DNA from: Octopus bimaculoides
Taxonomy: Eukaryota
Direction: 5' to 3'
DNA: 64,000 nucleotides
NCBI RefSeq assembly: GCF_001194135.2
Contig: NC_068981.1
Location: 159,873,880 to 159,937,879, forward strand
Shown here: positions 12,983 to 25,355 of the stretch, piece after piece
How the letters are laid out: every line of letters begins with the position of its first letter
Numbering within the stretch: position 1 is the first letter of the stretch
Made by a program: the position numbers and the translations under genes
The notes under the pieces: generated by a model
Told to the model about the DNA's origin: nothing
Databases searched by the model: none
The model's input: only the letters and a program-made list of their open reading frames with translations

Positions 12983-13517
12983 GAAAAGTGAAGGCTAAAG
13001 AGAGGCAAGAAATTGTATGAACACAAACTGCAGAGAGTGACAGAGTCAGAGACTAGCAAAATCCTCTGGGATTTCCCAATCCAAACAGAACAGGTGCTAG
13101 AGCATAATAGACCGAACCTAGTAGTGGTGGACAAGGTGCACCACATATGCTATGTAGTTGACATTGCATGCCCCTTTGACCCATGAATAGTCAAGAAGGA
13201 AGACGAAAGGATAGATAGATACAACCCTTATAAGTAATGGCCAGGTAAGGGAAAATGAAGAAGGTGAAGATAGTGCCAATTATTATTGCATCCTTGTGAA
13301 CAGTATTAGAAGGTATCAAGAGGAATATAAAGGAAATCGGAATAAAGTGCCCAGTAGAACTGCTACAAAAGGTTTATCTCCTTGGCACAGTCAGAATAAT
13401 CAGGAAAGTATTAGATAGCTGAAAAGAATGAATAGCATGGTACTGTAGGCTGCAGGTAGTAAGCCTGCTATGCATGCAAGACTCCAGGAGCACCAACAAA
13501 ACCTGTGATAGAGAGAA
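12981..13517 (+). mobile_element. R4/Dong-like non-LTR retrotransposon 3' fragment (REL endonuclease) within (AAT)n
   Basis: KILWDFPIQTEQVLEHNRPNLVVVDK..CYVVDIACPFD..KIVPIII..LLQK..LLGTVRIIRKVLDS-stop (13422), short 3' UTR, (AAT)n on both flanks. Confidence 0.8.
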
Positions 13518-13556
<39 letters not shown>

Positions 13557-13559
<3 letters not shown>

Positions 13560-14540
13560 GAAGCACTGATCTCAGATGACAACATAACAAAAATTGTGAA
13601 AGACATAAAAATCATCATGAAAACAGAAAAACAAAACATACTAAAGAAGAAATGGAGAGAAAAATCACTCCATGGTCAATACTCTGCAAAGCTTGACAGA
13701 GAAGAAGTGAGCCTAAGTAAAAGCCAACAATGGCTCAAAAACTCTGAACTAAAAGCTGAAACAGAAGGACTGACTCTCACTACACAAGACCAATGTCTGA
13801 CCACAAACAACTATGAAAGTAAAATAATGAAAACAGACCCCAACACTAAATGCAGAATCAGCAACCTGCACACTGAGACAGTTGACTACATCATCTCTGG
13901 CTCTCCACTCCTTGCCAAATCTGAATATGTATACAGACATTACTGAGTAAGTAGTTATATCCACTGGACAATATACCAACACTACAACATAAAGACTAAC
14001 AAAAAATGGTATAAAGACCTCTAAATTGAAGTATTCAAGACATGGGGAATGAAAGTGAAAACAATACCAGTCATAATTTGAGCATTGGGTATGATAAAAA
14101 AAAAGTATGAACAAAAACACAGAAGCTCTACCTAGACCCTCAACACAACACACTTTCCAAAAAATAGCCCTATTAGGAACAGGCCACATCCTACAGAAGA
14201 CATTATCAGTTCAATAGTATAATCCAAATAAAACAATCCACAAACACAAGAAACACTCTATACAGTAAATATCCAATAAAATATACAACCCCCACAACAT
14301 ATACTCTACAGGCTGGACACCCAACAAAAGAACACAACTCGCATTACACATACAATACATGATACAAATACTAATACAACAAAAGACACAGCCAAACCCT
14401 ATAACAAAACAAACTGATGCAATACAATACCAGGATGAGTATTGCATTCCCCCAACAACAAAAAAGAACACACAATGCTGTACGCACAGAGGTGTAACAG
14501 GTGATGCAGTAGAAATCTACCTGAAACTATCAAATGTTGA
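13557..14540 (+). mobile_element. Second R4/Dong-like fragment (zinc knuckle to C-terminus, internally deleted)
   Basis: ORF 13596..13946: KWREKSLHGQY..WLKNSELKAETEG..QDQ..KCR..ETVDYIISGSPLLAKSEYVYRH, then decayed IPVII.ALG..ALLGTGHILQKTL; flanked by AAT/GAT repeats. Confidence 0.75.
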
Positions 14541-14663
14541 ATAATAATGATGATGATGATGATAATGATGAGGACGATGATAACGACAATAATAATAATA
14601 ATGATGATGATGATGATTATAATAATAATAACCCTAATAATAATAATAATAATAATAATAATG

Positions 14664-14717
<54 letters not shown>

Positions 14718-14727
14718 CAATAGCTGG

Positions 14728-14996
14728 AAAAAATGCTACGTATAACATTTGGTGGTTATATATCAATAATAACATATTGGTGATGGGAATAGTGATAAGA
14801 GCAACAGTAGTTGTTTTTTCAAGTAGCACACAATATTCTACATTCATATAGTAAATCAAAAAGAAAAGCCATCTTCTTCTAAGCTTAACTCACAGAAGTT
14901 GAATTTGGCTTTGCAATAAAATGAAGCATTTGATGCTTTTGCAATGCTCCTATTACTTAACACAGCAAACAGTATCATCATATAGTGGTTTACAGC
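14728..14996 (-). repeat. Right arm of diverged inverted repeat (partner 12458-12725)
   Basis: See left arm. Confidence 0.8.
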
Positions 14997-15091
14997 TATA
15001 CATTTAATGTTCTTACATTATCATTATAATGTTATCAAGTTTCAGTATTTAGAATAAAATAATGGGGTAGGGCACAAGTACTTTACAGGAT

Positions 15092-15179
15092 ACATTATTT
15101 ACATTATTTACACCTTCATCAGGTGTCTTGGGGAAATTTCAAACCTGGGTTCTCATTCCTAAGGTATTTTTCGATGTTG

Positions 15180-15230
<51 letters not shown>

Positions 15231-15301
15231 TCACTGCTTGGAATCAAACTCAAAATCTTGGGGTTAGTAGCCCGCGCTCTTAACCACTACGTCATATGCC
15301 C
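15092..15301 (-). mobile_element. tRNA-headed element: tRNA-like head, (AAT)n, then a tail carrying the 5' half of a hammerhead
   Basis: Head 15301-15227 has an A box (TGACGTAGTGG), a B box (GAGTTTGATTCC) and an anticodon-like loop. The tail reads GACAC-CTGATGA-AGG at 15127-15113. Confidence 0.6.
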
Positions 15302-15673
15302 AAAACGTTGTGTTAGCAACAAACAAGATGAGGACAAATATCCGTCAATTGTAAATAATGTAAATAATGTACATAATTCCTCATCTCTTAAATATAAAAC
15401 TGAATTTATAGGATGTTTATAATAATTTATGAAAATGTCTGAAATTTCAGATCCACCCAATTAATGCCATCATAAAAATAACTAATTAATGCAAACAGAG
15501 AATTAAAAATAGTTTAAACATTTATACTAAATCAAATAAGTTTTTGTGAAAAGAAATATTTTCAAAAAAGAAATATATTTTCTCAAACTTTTTGGGAAAA
15601 TATATATTTTCAAATAAGATAAGAAATTTGTTTTCAGCTCATTAGAAGATTTATTTCAAAGAAAAAGATTTAC

Positions 15674-15783
15674 CTTACTGAGCCTTGCAATATTTCTGTA
15701 AAGGGACAATGGAAGAGTGAAAAGAAGAATGGATAAGGCTATGACAAATTGACGATTTCCAAGGACCATGTATGTGACACCTT
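15674..15783 (-). CDS. SLC38A11: SLC38A11-like exon (EGVTYMVLGNRQFVIALSILLFTLPLSLYRNIARLSK)
   Basis: ccttatacag|AA...AAG|gtaaat; 110 nt, phase 1 to 0; LPLSLYRNIAxL signature. Confidence 0.93.
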
Positions 15784-17639
15784 CTGTATAAGGAAATATT
15801 GAAACAATTTGTTAGAAACATTGATTTGAAGATATATGTGTAAGATAAAGGAAAAACAAATAGACTTAATGGGAATGAGCTCAAGGTTAGTGTCATAAGC
15901 ATATAAACCAATATAACAGGTGATAAAAGTAGAAAAATATATAAAAATGTGTTACATGGAAAGAAATGAAAAGAAGAAAGAGTGGAAGATGAAGAGGTGA
16001 AAAAGAGCAAGAAAGAGAGGTGAGATAATAATACAAGATAAATATTTTCAGTTAGTAAATCAAAACGATTTTTAAAATTAGACTGTGTGTGAAGAAGATC
16101 TATGGTTAAAGGCATCCCAGCTACAACCCTCTAATCTTGTTTATTAGTATTGCGTATCTAGGACTACTCTATGCAATGGATCCTTCCTTTCTGTAAGATA
16201 GTAGAGATGTGACTTAAAAGGAAATATGATTCTTAATTTCTTTTTGTTTCTGATGCAATATATCAAGAACTACAATATTTAGTGTATACTTCATTTTTAA
16301 GAATCAAGGGTGTAGTCTAAGAGGAATTTGACAACTATTTCTTGCAAGTCATGAGACTTTGCAGAGACTTTTTCTTTATTTTGGTGGATTAGTTTTGACT
16401 ACCATCATACTTAGATTGATAGGCCTATGTGAAAGGTAATAGTGTTACTGCATGATACTATATCATTTCTTATTCCATTTCACTCTGTCAGCTCGTGCCT
16501 ATATAAGAAATCAATATTCTCTTAAGTATTCTTTTTATTTATATCAATCTTTGAATTGAAATGTGACTCAAATATGCCTGACAATGAGAATAGTAAAGGC
16601 AATACAGTCAAATTTAAATAGTGTTTAACATTTGAAGTCTAGAAAAACATACATATAAACATATACAGATTGATAAAACAAAACAATAAAAGAAAGTCCA
16701 AGATTATATTTTTCATTGGTAAAAATAGAGAAAATTAGTTGTAATGAGATGTGGATGAAATATAAATACTACCTAGAAAAGGGTTTTAGTTGTTGCTATA
16801 TAGGTACTTGGTTTCTAAAATAAATCAATGTTGCTTAGTACTTTGCTGTTTCTATTTAAAATTGTTTTATTAAGAAATATATTCCTGCAATGTCATTACC
16901 TCATTATTTTATATGCATTTATTTCTTTTTCCAGAAATAAAAATGAAGCTGACATAAAGAATATTCTACATTTCAACAACTAAGCAATTTCAAATATATC
17001 ACTGTTGAAAACTTCCAGTATTACTGTTTTAATTAAGTGGTAAGAATATTGGATCAAATGCCTATCGATTGGGAATAATACTATAAAGGGTACACATTTT
17101 GAAGAATCGTGAATTTTTCACTGTTCTTTAAAATAATTATTTTCTGAGTTACAAAAAGTTTTAGGGTGCTAAACTTTATATGACGTGTAAGCCACATAAT
17201 GCTATGCCATTGTTGAGATGTGAACTCACAAACAAGACCTCAATGATTTGTTTATTCAGTCATTATATCTTACATGTTTCAAAAAAGAAGGAGAGAAAAT
17301 ATGTTGCCAGAAAATAGTTGGAAGCTGCTGAGAAAGCAAGCCATTACATCTAGCTCAAGAGAGAGGATGAGGGATGCAATAGGAACAAGCAATAAGGATA
17401 GTAGAAACATTTGGCCCAGAGTTGCTACACCCAACTCAATAAAGCTTGTACTGTTATGTAGAAGTTTTGTTGCCTATACTGGTGGGTGGCCACAGGCAGC
17501 TCAACTATCACTTGCAGAGTTGCTTTGCCACCTAATTAGATATTGACTCCTGCATTTAAAGACTAAGTAGACCACATAGTTGTTTACCCTAATATTTTGT
17601 TTGAGGAATATATTTTCCTTTGCTTATACATATTGATTT

Positions 17640-17812
17640 TGAATTTTGGCACAAAGCCAGCAATTTTGAGGGATGGTGTAAGTCGATTACATTGACCTCA
17701 GTGTCCAACTGGTACTTATTTTATCGACCCTGAAAGGATAAAAGGTAAAGATGGCCTTAGCAGAATTTAAACTCAGAATGTAATGCTAATGATTCTGCCA
17801 GTTTGCTGTCTT
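17640..17812 (-). mobile_element. Family-B SINE copy
   Basis: ttttggcacaaagccagc...gaactcagaat...ttctgccag matches the other copies. Confidence 0.75.
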
Positions 17813-17879
17813 GCCTTGCTTATACATATTAATCATCAGATTGGTATGGGTTTGTTATTTTCTGATTGAAGAAACTTAC

Positions 17880-17948
17880 CTGCACCAGTGAGTTCAGCAA
17901 TTACTTTTGATATACCATCTGCTACAATAACATTGTAGCTTACCATTG
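17880..17948 (-). CDS. SLC38A11: SLC38A11-like exon (SMVSYNVIVADGISKVIAELTGA)
   Basis: ttttaacag|CA...GCAG|gtaagt; 69 nt, phase 1 to 1; MxSYNxIxxD motif. Confidence 0.92.
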
Positions 17949-19170
17949 CTGTTAAAATATTAAATTTAAAAAACACAAAATTTTAATAATTGTTAAGTAG
18001 AGTAGGGAATGAAGTCTTATAAAACTTAAAAACAACCAATCAAACTAATTACCTACTGCATTCATTTTCTCAGTCTCTGCAACCTAATAAGGCATCTGGT
18101 CCTGATTTTTACTATTTAATTTTAATGAATGTATGGCTTGATATCAAATATTTCTTTCCTCGTTGTAAACAAGTTTCAGTATATGCAAATATATTGATAA
18201 ATGCAATCATTACATTTCTTATTCATCACAACAACATTTAATTTTATGTTAATGAAACTATGAAGAAATGTATAATTAGTGGCTGAAATTGTTTTTGTTC
18301 TTTCTAATTTTCTTTAATTTAAAAAAAATGCAGCTGCAAAATTGGAAAGTTCTGAACCAAATTAAAATATTTAATACTATTTCTAATAGCCAAAATAAAT
18401 TGTTAATTATATACAAGTTAATTTCTTGTGGAGTAATTTTCATTAGGATTGCTTTTAATCATTAAAGAAATCTGTTCTCAATGATTCTTCCATCACAGTT
18501 ATTTTATAGATAAACATCATTTTTATGTTAATCATCTTGTAATGAACAAGCAGTAGATATTGCATAGTGGCTTTTATGTTGTTAAGTCCAGGTCAGGCCT
18601 GATTAAAGAGACTTACAATCAATGAAATTCTGGCCATGACTATCTTGTCCTTTGTGTATTATCTATGACTGTAGTACCTTTGTCATTTACTTTTTAAAAC
18701 TGTAGTGTACATTTGATGACAATTTGACCATTATATCTTGCAAGGTGAACAACTGTATAGAAGCCCTCCTATTAGCTCTTGATGACTTGTTGGTGCTTTT
18801 TATCTTTTGTAATGGAATAAGAAGGTAAATTTACAGAATAGATAGAGCAATGAGTTTAAAATATTTTATAATATTTCGTTACAATATTGTTAAATTTAAA
18901 TCATGTTGATTTCAATTTTGCTTTCCATTCCTCTGAAGTGGATGAAATAAGTACCCATTTTATACTGGGAGTTGATTCACTCAGTCACACTCCAGCCCTA
19001 CAAGTTTGTGAACCAAAGTTCTAAATCATTACATGAATGCTAGTACCTTTGTCATTTATGTGATAGCAGTTGGTTTTCTGATCAGACCAAGGAAAATATG
19101 TTTCTATGGGTTTTCATATTGTTGATACTATCAGTCAGTCACTATCCCTGGCAGAGAAATCATTGTTTCT

Positions 19171-19324
19171 CAGGCATGGTTTGTGGTAAGATGTTTGCTT
19201 CCTAATCCCACAGTTCTGGGTTCAGTCCCACTGCATAGCACCTTAGGCAAGTGTTTTCTACTATAGCCTTGGGCTTACCGAAGCTTTGAAAGTGGATTTG
19301 ATAGATGGAGGGTGAAAGAAGCCT

Positions 19325-19365
<41 letters not shown>

Positions 19366-19550
19366 ATACACACTGGCAGTGCTACAGCATGGCCACAGCC
19401 TTAGGGCTGAAATGTAAAAAAGAATGTGTGTGTGTGTGTGTGTGTGTGTGAGTGTGTAGAAGACACATGTCCAAGGTGCCTTGCAATGGGACTGAACTCA
19501 AAACCATGTGGTTGCAAGGAAGCTAAGCATCTTAACCACATAGCCATGAC
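19171..19550. mobile_element. Family-A tRNA-SINE copy (+, 19171-19420) next to an inverted 5' fragment (-, about 19455-19550)
   Basis: gtggtaag...gggttcagtcccactgc...ggcaagtg head on plus, and its reverse complement immediately downstream. Confidence 0.7.
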
Positions 19551-20206
19551 TGCACTTTATTCCATATTTTCATTGACCACCAAAACGGTGAAAAGTAAAG
19601 TTGACCATGGCAGTATTTGAATTTGGAGTGCAAAATTTTGAGAGAGATTTAGCTCTATTTCTAGCAGTTTCAGAGACCACTCAGCAGCTCCTTTTCATGA
19701 CTCAGAAATATAAATAAAAATGTTGTAGTTGATGTAATACTAACATTAGCTATCTGTTTCAAAAGGCAGTCTAGTCATGACCATACTATCTTTTTATGGC
19801 AACAGTGTTTTAGGCAATACAAAATGATGTGATTTGAGAGATTTAATTTCTGTTTCTAGCAGATTAAATGACCATGTAGAAGTTCACTAGTTAGAAAAGA
19901 CCCATATGTTGTTATATGAGCTGATGTGATGCTAACATTTGCTGTTTCACACTTAGTAATTATTTTGACCTTTCTTCAATGTGGAGTTTAATTTGTAGAG
20001 AAGACTTTTATTCTTGCTTCAACAATCAGAACAAGACTAGGAAACAGGAAAACATTTGATAAAATAACACACAAAAAAAAAAAAGAAAAACAATAATGGC
20101 CATGACATTTTTTAAAATCAAAATTATGCTTTAATTCTGACTATTGTACCTGTACACACACACATGCACAATATATGTATATCCCACTTCATACATATTC
20201 ACTCAC

Positions 20207-20237
<31 letters not shown>

Positions 20238-20566
20238 TGTATATATATATACATACATATATATATATATAGTTTTAGGGAAAAGAACCAAGGTTCATGA
20301 ACTCATCAATGAAAATCCACTGTAAAGCTCAATTTAATTTTAATTTTTTATAAATTGATTTTAATTGAGTTTTTACCTGTAATTTTCGATTTTGTCCCTA
20401 ATATTATTNNNNNNNNNNNNNNNNNNNNNNNNNNNNNNNNNNNNNNNNNNNNNNNNNNNNNNNNNNNNNNNNNNNNNNNNNNNNNNNNNNNNNNNNNNNN
20501 NNNNNNNNNNNNNNNNNNNNNNNNNNNNNNNNNNNNNNNNNNNNNNNNNNNNNNNNNNNNNNNNNN

Positions 20567-21830
20567 CAGTGGTTGGACAAAATAATGGAAACATCTAGCA
20601 TCATAGCATCATAATTTTTAAATATCTATAAAACCTCAAAATCTTGTTTATTTTTATGTTTTTTGATTTATTATTAGTATTGCTTAATATGTTTTCCTAA
20701 AATTGCTGTTTTTTTTTTTTCAGATATCGTAAGAGAAAGTAATTAAAATTTATTAAAATGACAGATCTATCACACTTTCAAAGAGATCAAATTGTCAGTG
20801 CTTGTGTAGCAGGTGCTAGCGTAATGAAAACAGCAGAAATGTTTGGTGTATCAAGAACTAGTCTTGAAAGTAATGACAGCCTTTGAAAAAGAGGGAAAAA
20901 CCTTGTCGAAACAAATCTCCGGAAGAAAACCAAAACTTTCAGATAGGGACTGTTGGACTGTGATGCGAATTGTTAGAAAGGATCACAAAAATACAGCTCC
21001 CAAAATTACTGCAGAGCTTAATGACCACCTTGAGAACCCAATTTCCACAAAAACTGTTCGCTGGGAGCTGCACAAAGCCAGATTTCGAGGGAGGGCTGCA
21101 ATCAGAAAACCACTACTTTCAAAGATAAATGTTGTAAAGCATTTAGAGTGGAGTAAAAACCTACAGAATTGGTCCCTAGAGCAGTTGAAGAATGTTATTT
21201 TCTTGGATGAGTCATTCTTTACCTTATTTCTGACCACTGGCCGAATATACATGTGGAGACAGCCAAAAAAAGCATTTGATCCAGACTGACTTCTTCCAAC
21301 TGTTAAACATGGAGGAGAATCTGTGATGATCTGAGGGGCTATATCTCGGAAATCCACCGACCCAATGGTTTCCCTTCATAGCAAAATTAATAGTCAAGGC
21401 TATTTAAGCATTTTATCTGGTAAAACTCATCCTATGGTTGCAGAACTGTTTCTGGGGGAAAAGCAATCTTTCAGGATGATAATGCACCAATTCACACAGC
21501 TAAAGTTGTTACTGAATGGCACAAGGAACATTCTAGTGAAGTTGAACATCTGGCCACCACAGTCCCCAGATCTCAATATTATTGAACATTTATGGTGCAT
21601 TTTAGAAAAACAAGTGAGGAGTCGATATCCTCCACTATCATTATGACAAGAAATAGAGACTGTTTTAGCTGAGGAATGGACAAAAATTCCTTTGGAAACA
21701 ATTCAAACTTTGTACGAGTCCATACTTCATAGAATTCAAGCAGTAATTACTGCCAAAGGTGGTCCTGTTCCATATTAAAATAAATTTGTTTGAAATTTTA
21801 AGGTGTTTCCATTATTTTGTCCAGCCCCTG
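20567..21830 (+). mobile_element. Full-length decayed Tc1 (DD34E) transposon; transposase pseudogene 20758-21778
   Basis: TIRs CAGTGGTTGGACAAAATAATGGAAACA and TGTTTCCATTATTTTGTCCAGCCCCTG followed by TA; the left flank is in an N gap. Motifs: GRKPKLSDRD, RAAIRKPLL, IFLDES, WPPQSPDLNIIEHLW. Contains frameshifts and stops. Confidence 0.9.
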
Positions 21831-23091
21831 TATATCGCTTTTACTTTCTAAAAAACAAAATTATCCTTTTTATCTTTTATTAAAATTGAAAAATCATTTT
21901 ATTGAATATTTTAAATTTAGAAATACATTACATAAAAGTTTTATTTCAATTATCCAGAAAATCAAAAGCAATACTTCGGTCTGAAAATTGTTAATGATAT
22001 TTCGGAAGAAATATTTTTAGTGTTTGAGTCATTTTCAACGTTTATCTAGTAAATTAATTAATTGATTTATCAAATAATATATTAATGCATTCATGCATTC
22101 ATTATACTTTTTTATTCTTTTCTAAATAAAACATCTATTTTTTTCACATTGGCTCCAAGCCATAAATTTAAGATTAGATCAACTTATTATATATTTTATG
22201 AAAAGCAAAGATGACCTTGGCAAAATTTGAACATATTCTTTCATAATTAATAATAATAGAATAATTCTAGTAACTCTGCAATAATTATTATATATCAACA
22301 ATGAGCAATATTGATTTAAACTATTGGTTTCTTTTGACTTCCTTGTAGTTCAGCATTACATTGTACATTTGTAAACCATTGGATAGTTCTAGTAATATTT
22401 TGGTTTTTATTTTGGGAAAAGGTTGCAAGCCCTTTGCTAAATCCTTTGCCCTTAGTGGAGAAAGAGACACTGCGAGAGTTCCCCAATGATTCCTCACAGC
22501 AGAGCAGAGACAATTCAGAGAGAGGTGGGGAGTGATTTATTAATTAAATTTATTTATCAAAGGAGGAAAGATAAAAGAGTTGACCTTATTAGGATTTGAA
22601 CTCAGAAGGTAAAGATAAAAAAAAAATTAAACGGCATAGTTCTTAAACAACTCTGCCAATTTGTCATCCATTTCTTTTGACTTAACAAGAGGAAATGTTG
22701 TGTTGTGATGTTCATGTGTATTTCAGTTGTGAAGTAAAGTGACTTCTCTTAGAATCAACTGTGGTCACTTAGAATCAACAACGACCACTTGTCTTGACAT
22801 CACAGGATTGTTGTAAATGAATGCCCTTTGTTTCCAAGTTTCCATGAAAACATGGCCAGCCACAACAAACTATTATTTTACGTGGAAACAGCTGAGGGAT
22901 GGTGACAGGTAGGCGTTTGGCCATAGAAAATCTACCTCAACAAATTCCATCCCACCCATGTGAGAATAGAAAAGTGAATGTCAAAAAAAAATAACAAACA
23001 AATGATATTGATTTGTTACATAAGCATGAGGACAATATTTGTGAGAGCAAAATGTCCCCAATTGAATCCAACCCAGTAAATTACTGGTACA

Positions 23092-23230
23092 CAGTGCCAT
23101 CTTCAGACTTATGGGTCTAGAGGCTCAGTACTAATCTTTCTATGTTGTAGTTTGTTGTCAATACATACATACTAAAGGGGACCAGTGCATTGATTTGCCT
23201 AGGGCCTACAATGCTACTAAGATGGCCCTG
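23092..23230. mobile_element. hAT-type MITE with perfect 8-bp TSD, inserted into a family-B SINE
   Basis: TIRs CAGTGCCATCTT and AAGATGGCCCTG; CTGGTACA at both 23084-23091 and 23231-23238. Confidence 0.85.
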
Positions 23231-23804
23231 CTGGTACATATTATATAAACCCTGGACAGATGAAAGGCAAGATCAGTATTGAATGGATTTGAAGTAAGAA
23301 TATCATACATAGATAATAAAACTTAATACTGTAAGGCATTTCGTCAAGCAAACTATTGATGAAAGCTGTGAGGTAAAAATGTTTGTAATATGTAATTCCA
23401 GTTTGTTCCTACTGCATGACATCTTACTCAATTGTCTTCTATTATAGCCATGGGTTAATCAAAGACTTAATCTATTGCCTGGCTCTTGGATCGTAAAATT
23501 AATCTGTTGTCTAGTTTAATATAACCGTGGGGCTACGGGCCATTTTTAGGGGCACATTTGAACCTGGCTCCTGGTCTATGTATAACCCACGAGTTGCAGT
23601 TCTTCTTTTCATTCTTTCTCAACAGTCTTGGAGGTCTGTGAAAATGTCATGGCTACCAGTGACTAAACCTTTAAAAGAAACTAACTTGTAAAATTTACTG
23701 TTTCTGCCAGCTGAACGCTTTCATATTCAAATAATAATTTTATCCTGAAGTGCTTACAAGCTTCTAACCATACTTCTTCCCCAATATAAAAAAGTGTTAC
23801 TCAC

Positions 23805-23880
23805 AAATAAATGGAAAAAGAAACTGCAGCAATGTTAGAATGTAGAATCCAGGACGTCCAAAGGAAGCTTGCACAACATC
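23805..23880 (-). CDS. SLC38A11: SLC38A11-like exon (DVVQASFGRPGFYILTLLQFLFPFI)
   Basis: gtcttgaag|GAT...ATTT|gtgagt; 76 nt, phase 0 to 1. Confidence 0.92.
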
Positions 23881-24944
23881 CTTCAAGACAGATGAAACAA
23901 ATAAATAAATAAATAAACGAATAAATAAATAAGAAAGGGAATATGTCAATCAAAATACTGTATAATTATATTAACAAACAATGAGTAATTAAATCTAATT
24001 ACTTCTGAACTTTTGCATACTAAGATCATGTTTACTGCTTTAATATCAAAATATGCAGATTAATTCTGTTAATGAGATCATGACATTTCCAAATTCAGCA
24101 AGGGAACTCAATCAATTAGTTGGCATAGTTACCCTTTTTCTTTTTAATTATATAGCGTTGCTATTATGTTAAACTGTCATATGTTCAAATTTAGCCAAAT
24201 GCGGTTTTTTTCAATATTTATTTTTGCATGCAATAGCCGATTCTTTTGGTCAAACTATCGCGTCTCTAGCTGCTTCAGATGTCAAGATAGCAAAAATGGT
24301 TTTGCTATGGAATGATGAAACTATTTTTTTCATTTTCGGAAAATGCAAAATTTTAGACTTACGACACTTGCATAATAGCAACAATATTTAGTTTTTGCAG
24401 TCTACTTTGAAATCCTGTCCAGTCATTGAGCTGTTCATGTTTGAAGGACATGGGTAAATCTCATTTTGTTTGGGAAACAAGTAAGAGTTAGCAACAAGAA
24501 GAGCTTTCAGTAATAGAAAATTTGCCTCAATGAATTTCGTCTGACCCTTCCAAGCATGGAAAGCAGTTATTAAAATGAGTCCCCTGAGCAACCTTCAATA
24601 TTTTCTATCCAAAAGGGATTTTTACCCAATATTTACATGCTGTTATTTATAGCTTTATGTTTTGAGATCTACTGTTTCAAAAATGAATTATTTCACTTTC
24701 TCTTGAAAGTCTATAGATTCTTATGATATCAACAGCAAACAATTCTCACTGGTAAAAATAAAGTTTCTAAAATGGATTGAATTTGAGGGATTGCTCCAAT
24801 GGTTGAACATCTGTCATGCTTAAAGATGTTGGTTTAAATCTCATGGGTAGCCTTCAACTTTTTCTATACAAAAAATGGTTTTTTCAACCCAATATTTACA
24901 AGTTATTTTGGAGTCTTTATGATCACACATCTATTGGCTCAGTG

Positions 24945-25267
24945 ATTAGGGCATTGGGCTAACAATCATGAGGTAGTGAGTTCAATTCCCAGACTGGGTT
25001 GTGTGTTATGTTCTTGAGCAAGGCACTTTATTTCATGTTCTTCCAGTTCACTCAGCAGTAGAAATGAGTTGTGACATCACTGGTGCCAAGCTGTATCAGC
25101 CTTTGCCTTTTCCTTGGTGTGGAAAAGGGAGGCTGGTGTGGAGAGGGAGGCTGGTATGCATGGGTGACTGCTGGTCTTCCATAAACAACCTTGCCCAGAC
25201 TTGTGTCTCGGAGGGTAACTTTCTAGGTGCAATCCCATGGTCAATCATAACTGAAGGGGGTCTTTAG

Positions 25268-25270
<3 letters not shown>
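24945..25270 (+). mobile_element. tRNA-derived SINE (family C)
   Basis: ggctcagtgattagggc...gagttcaattccc A/B boxes; central ttgagcaaggcactttatttca...ccagttcactcagc block shared with 57314-57545. Confidence 0.65.
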
Positions 25271-25306
<36 letters not shown>

Positions 25307-25307
25307 G

Positions 25308-25355
<48 letters not shown>

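Noticed and set aside
14534-14859. Poly-Asn/Asp and poly-Leu ORFs (also 60390-60937)
   Set aside because: (AAT)n, (GAT)n and (GAG)n repeats.
15227-15301. Functional tRNA gene
   Set aside because: Mutated A and B boxes, poor acceptor stem, atypical ACU anticodon, and fusion to a repeat tail; better explained as a SINE head.
16935-17040. Plus-strand exon-like segment with good acceptor and donor
   Set aside because: Stops in all three frames and no partner exons; could be chance or lncRNA, unsupported.
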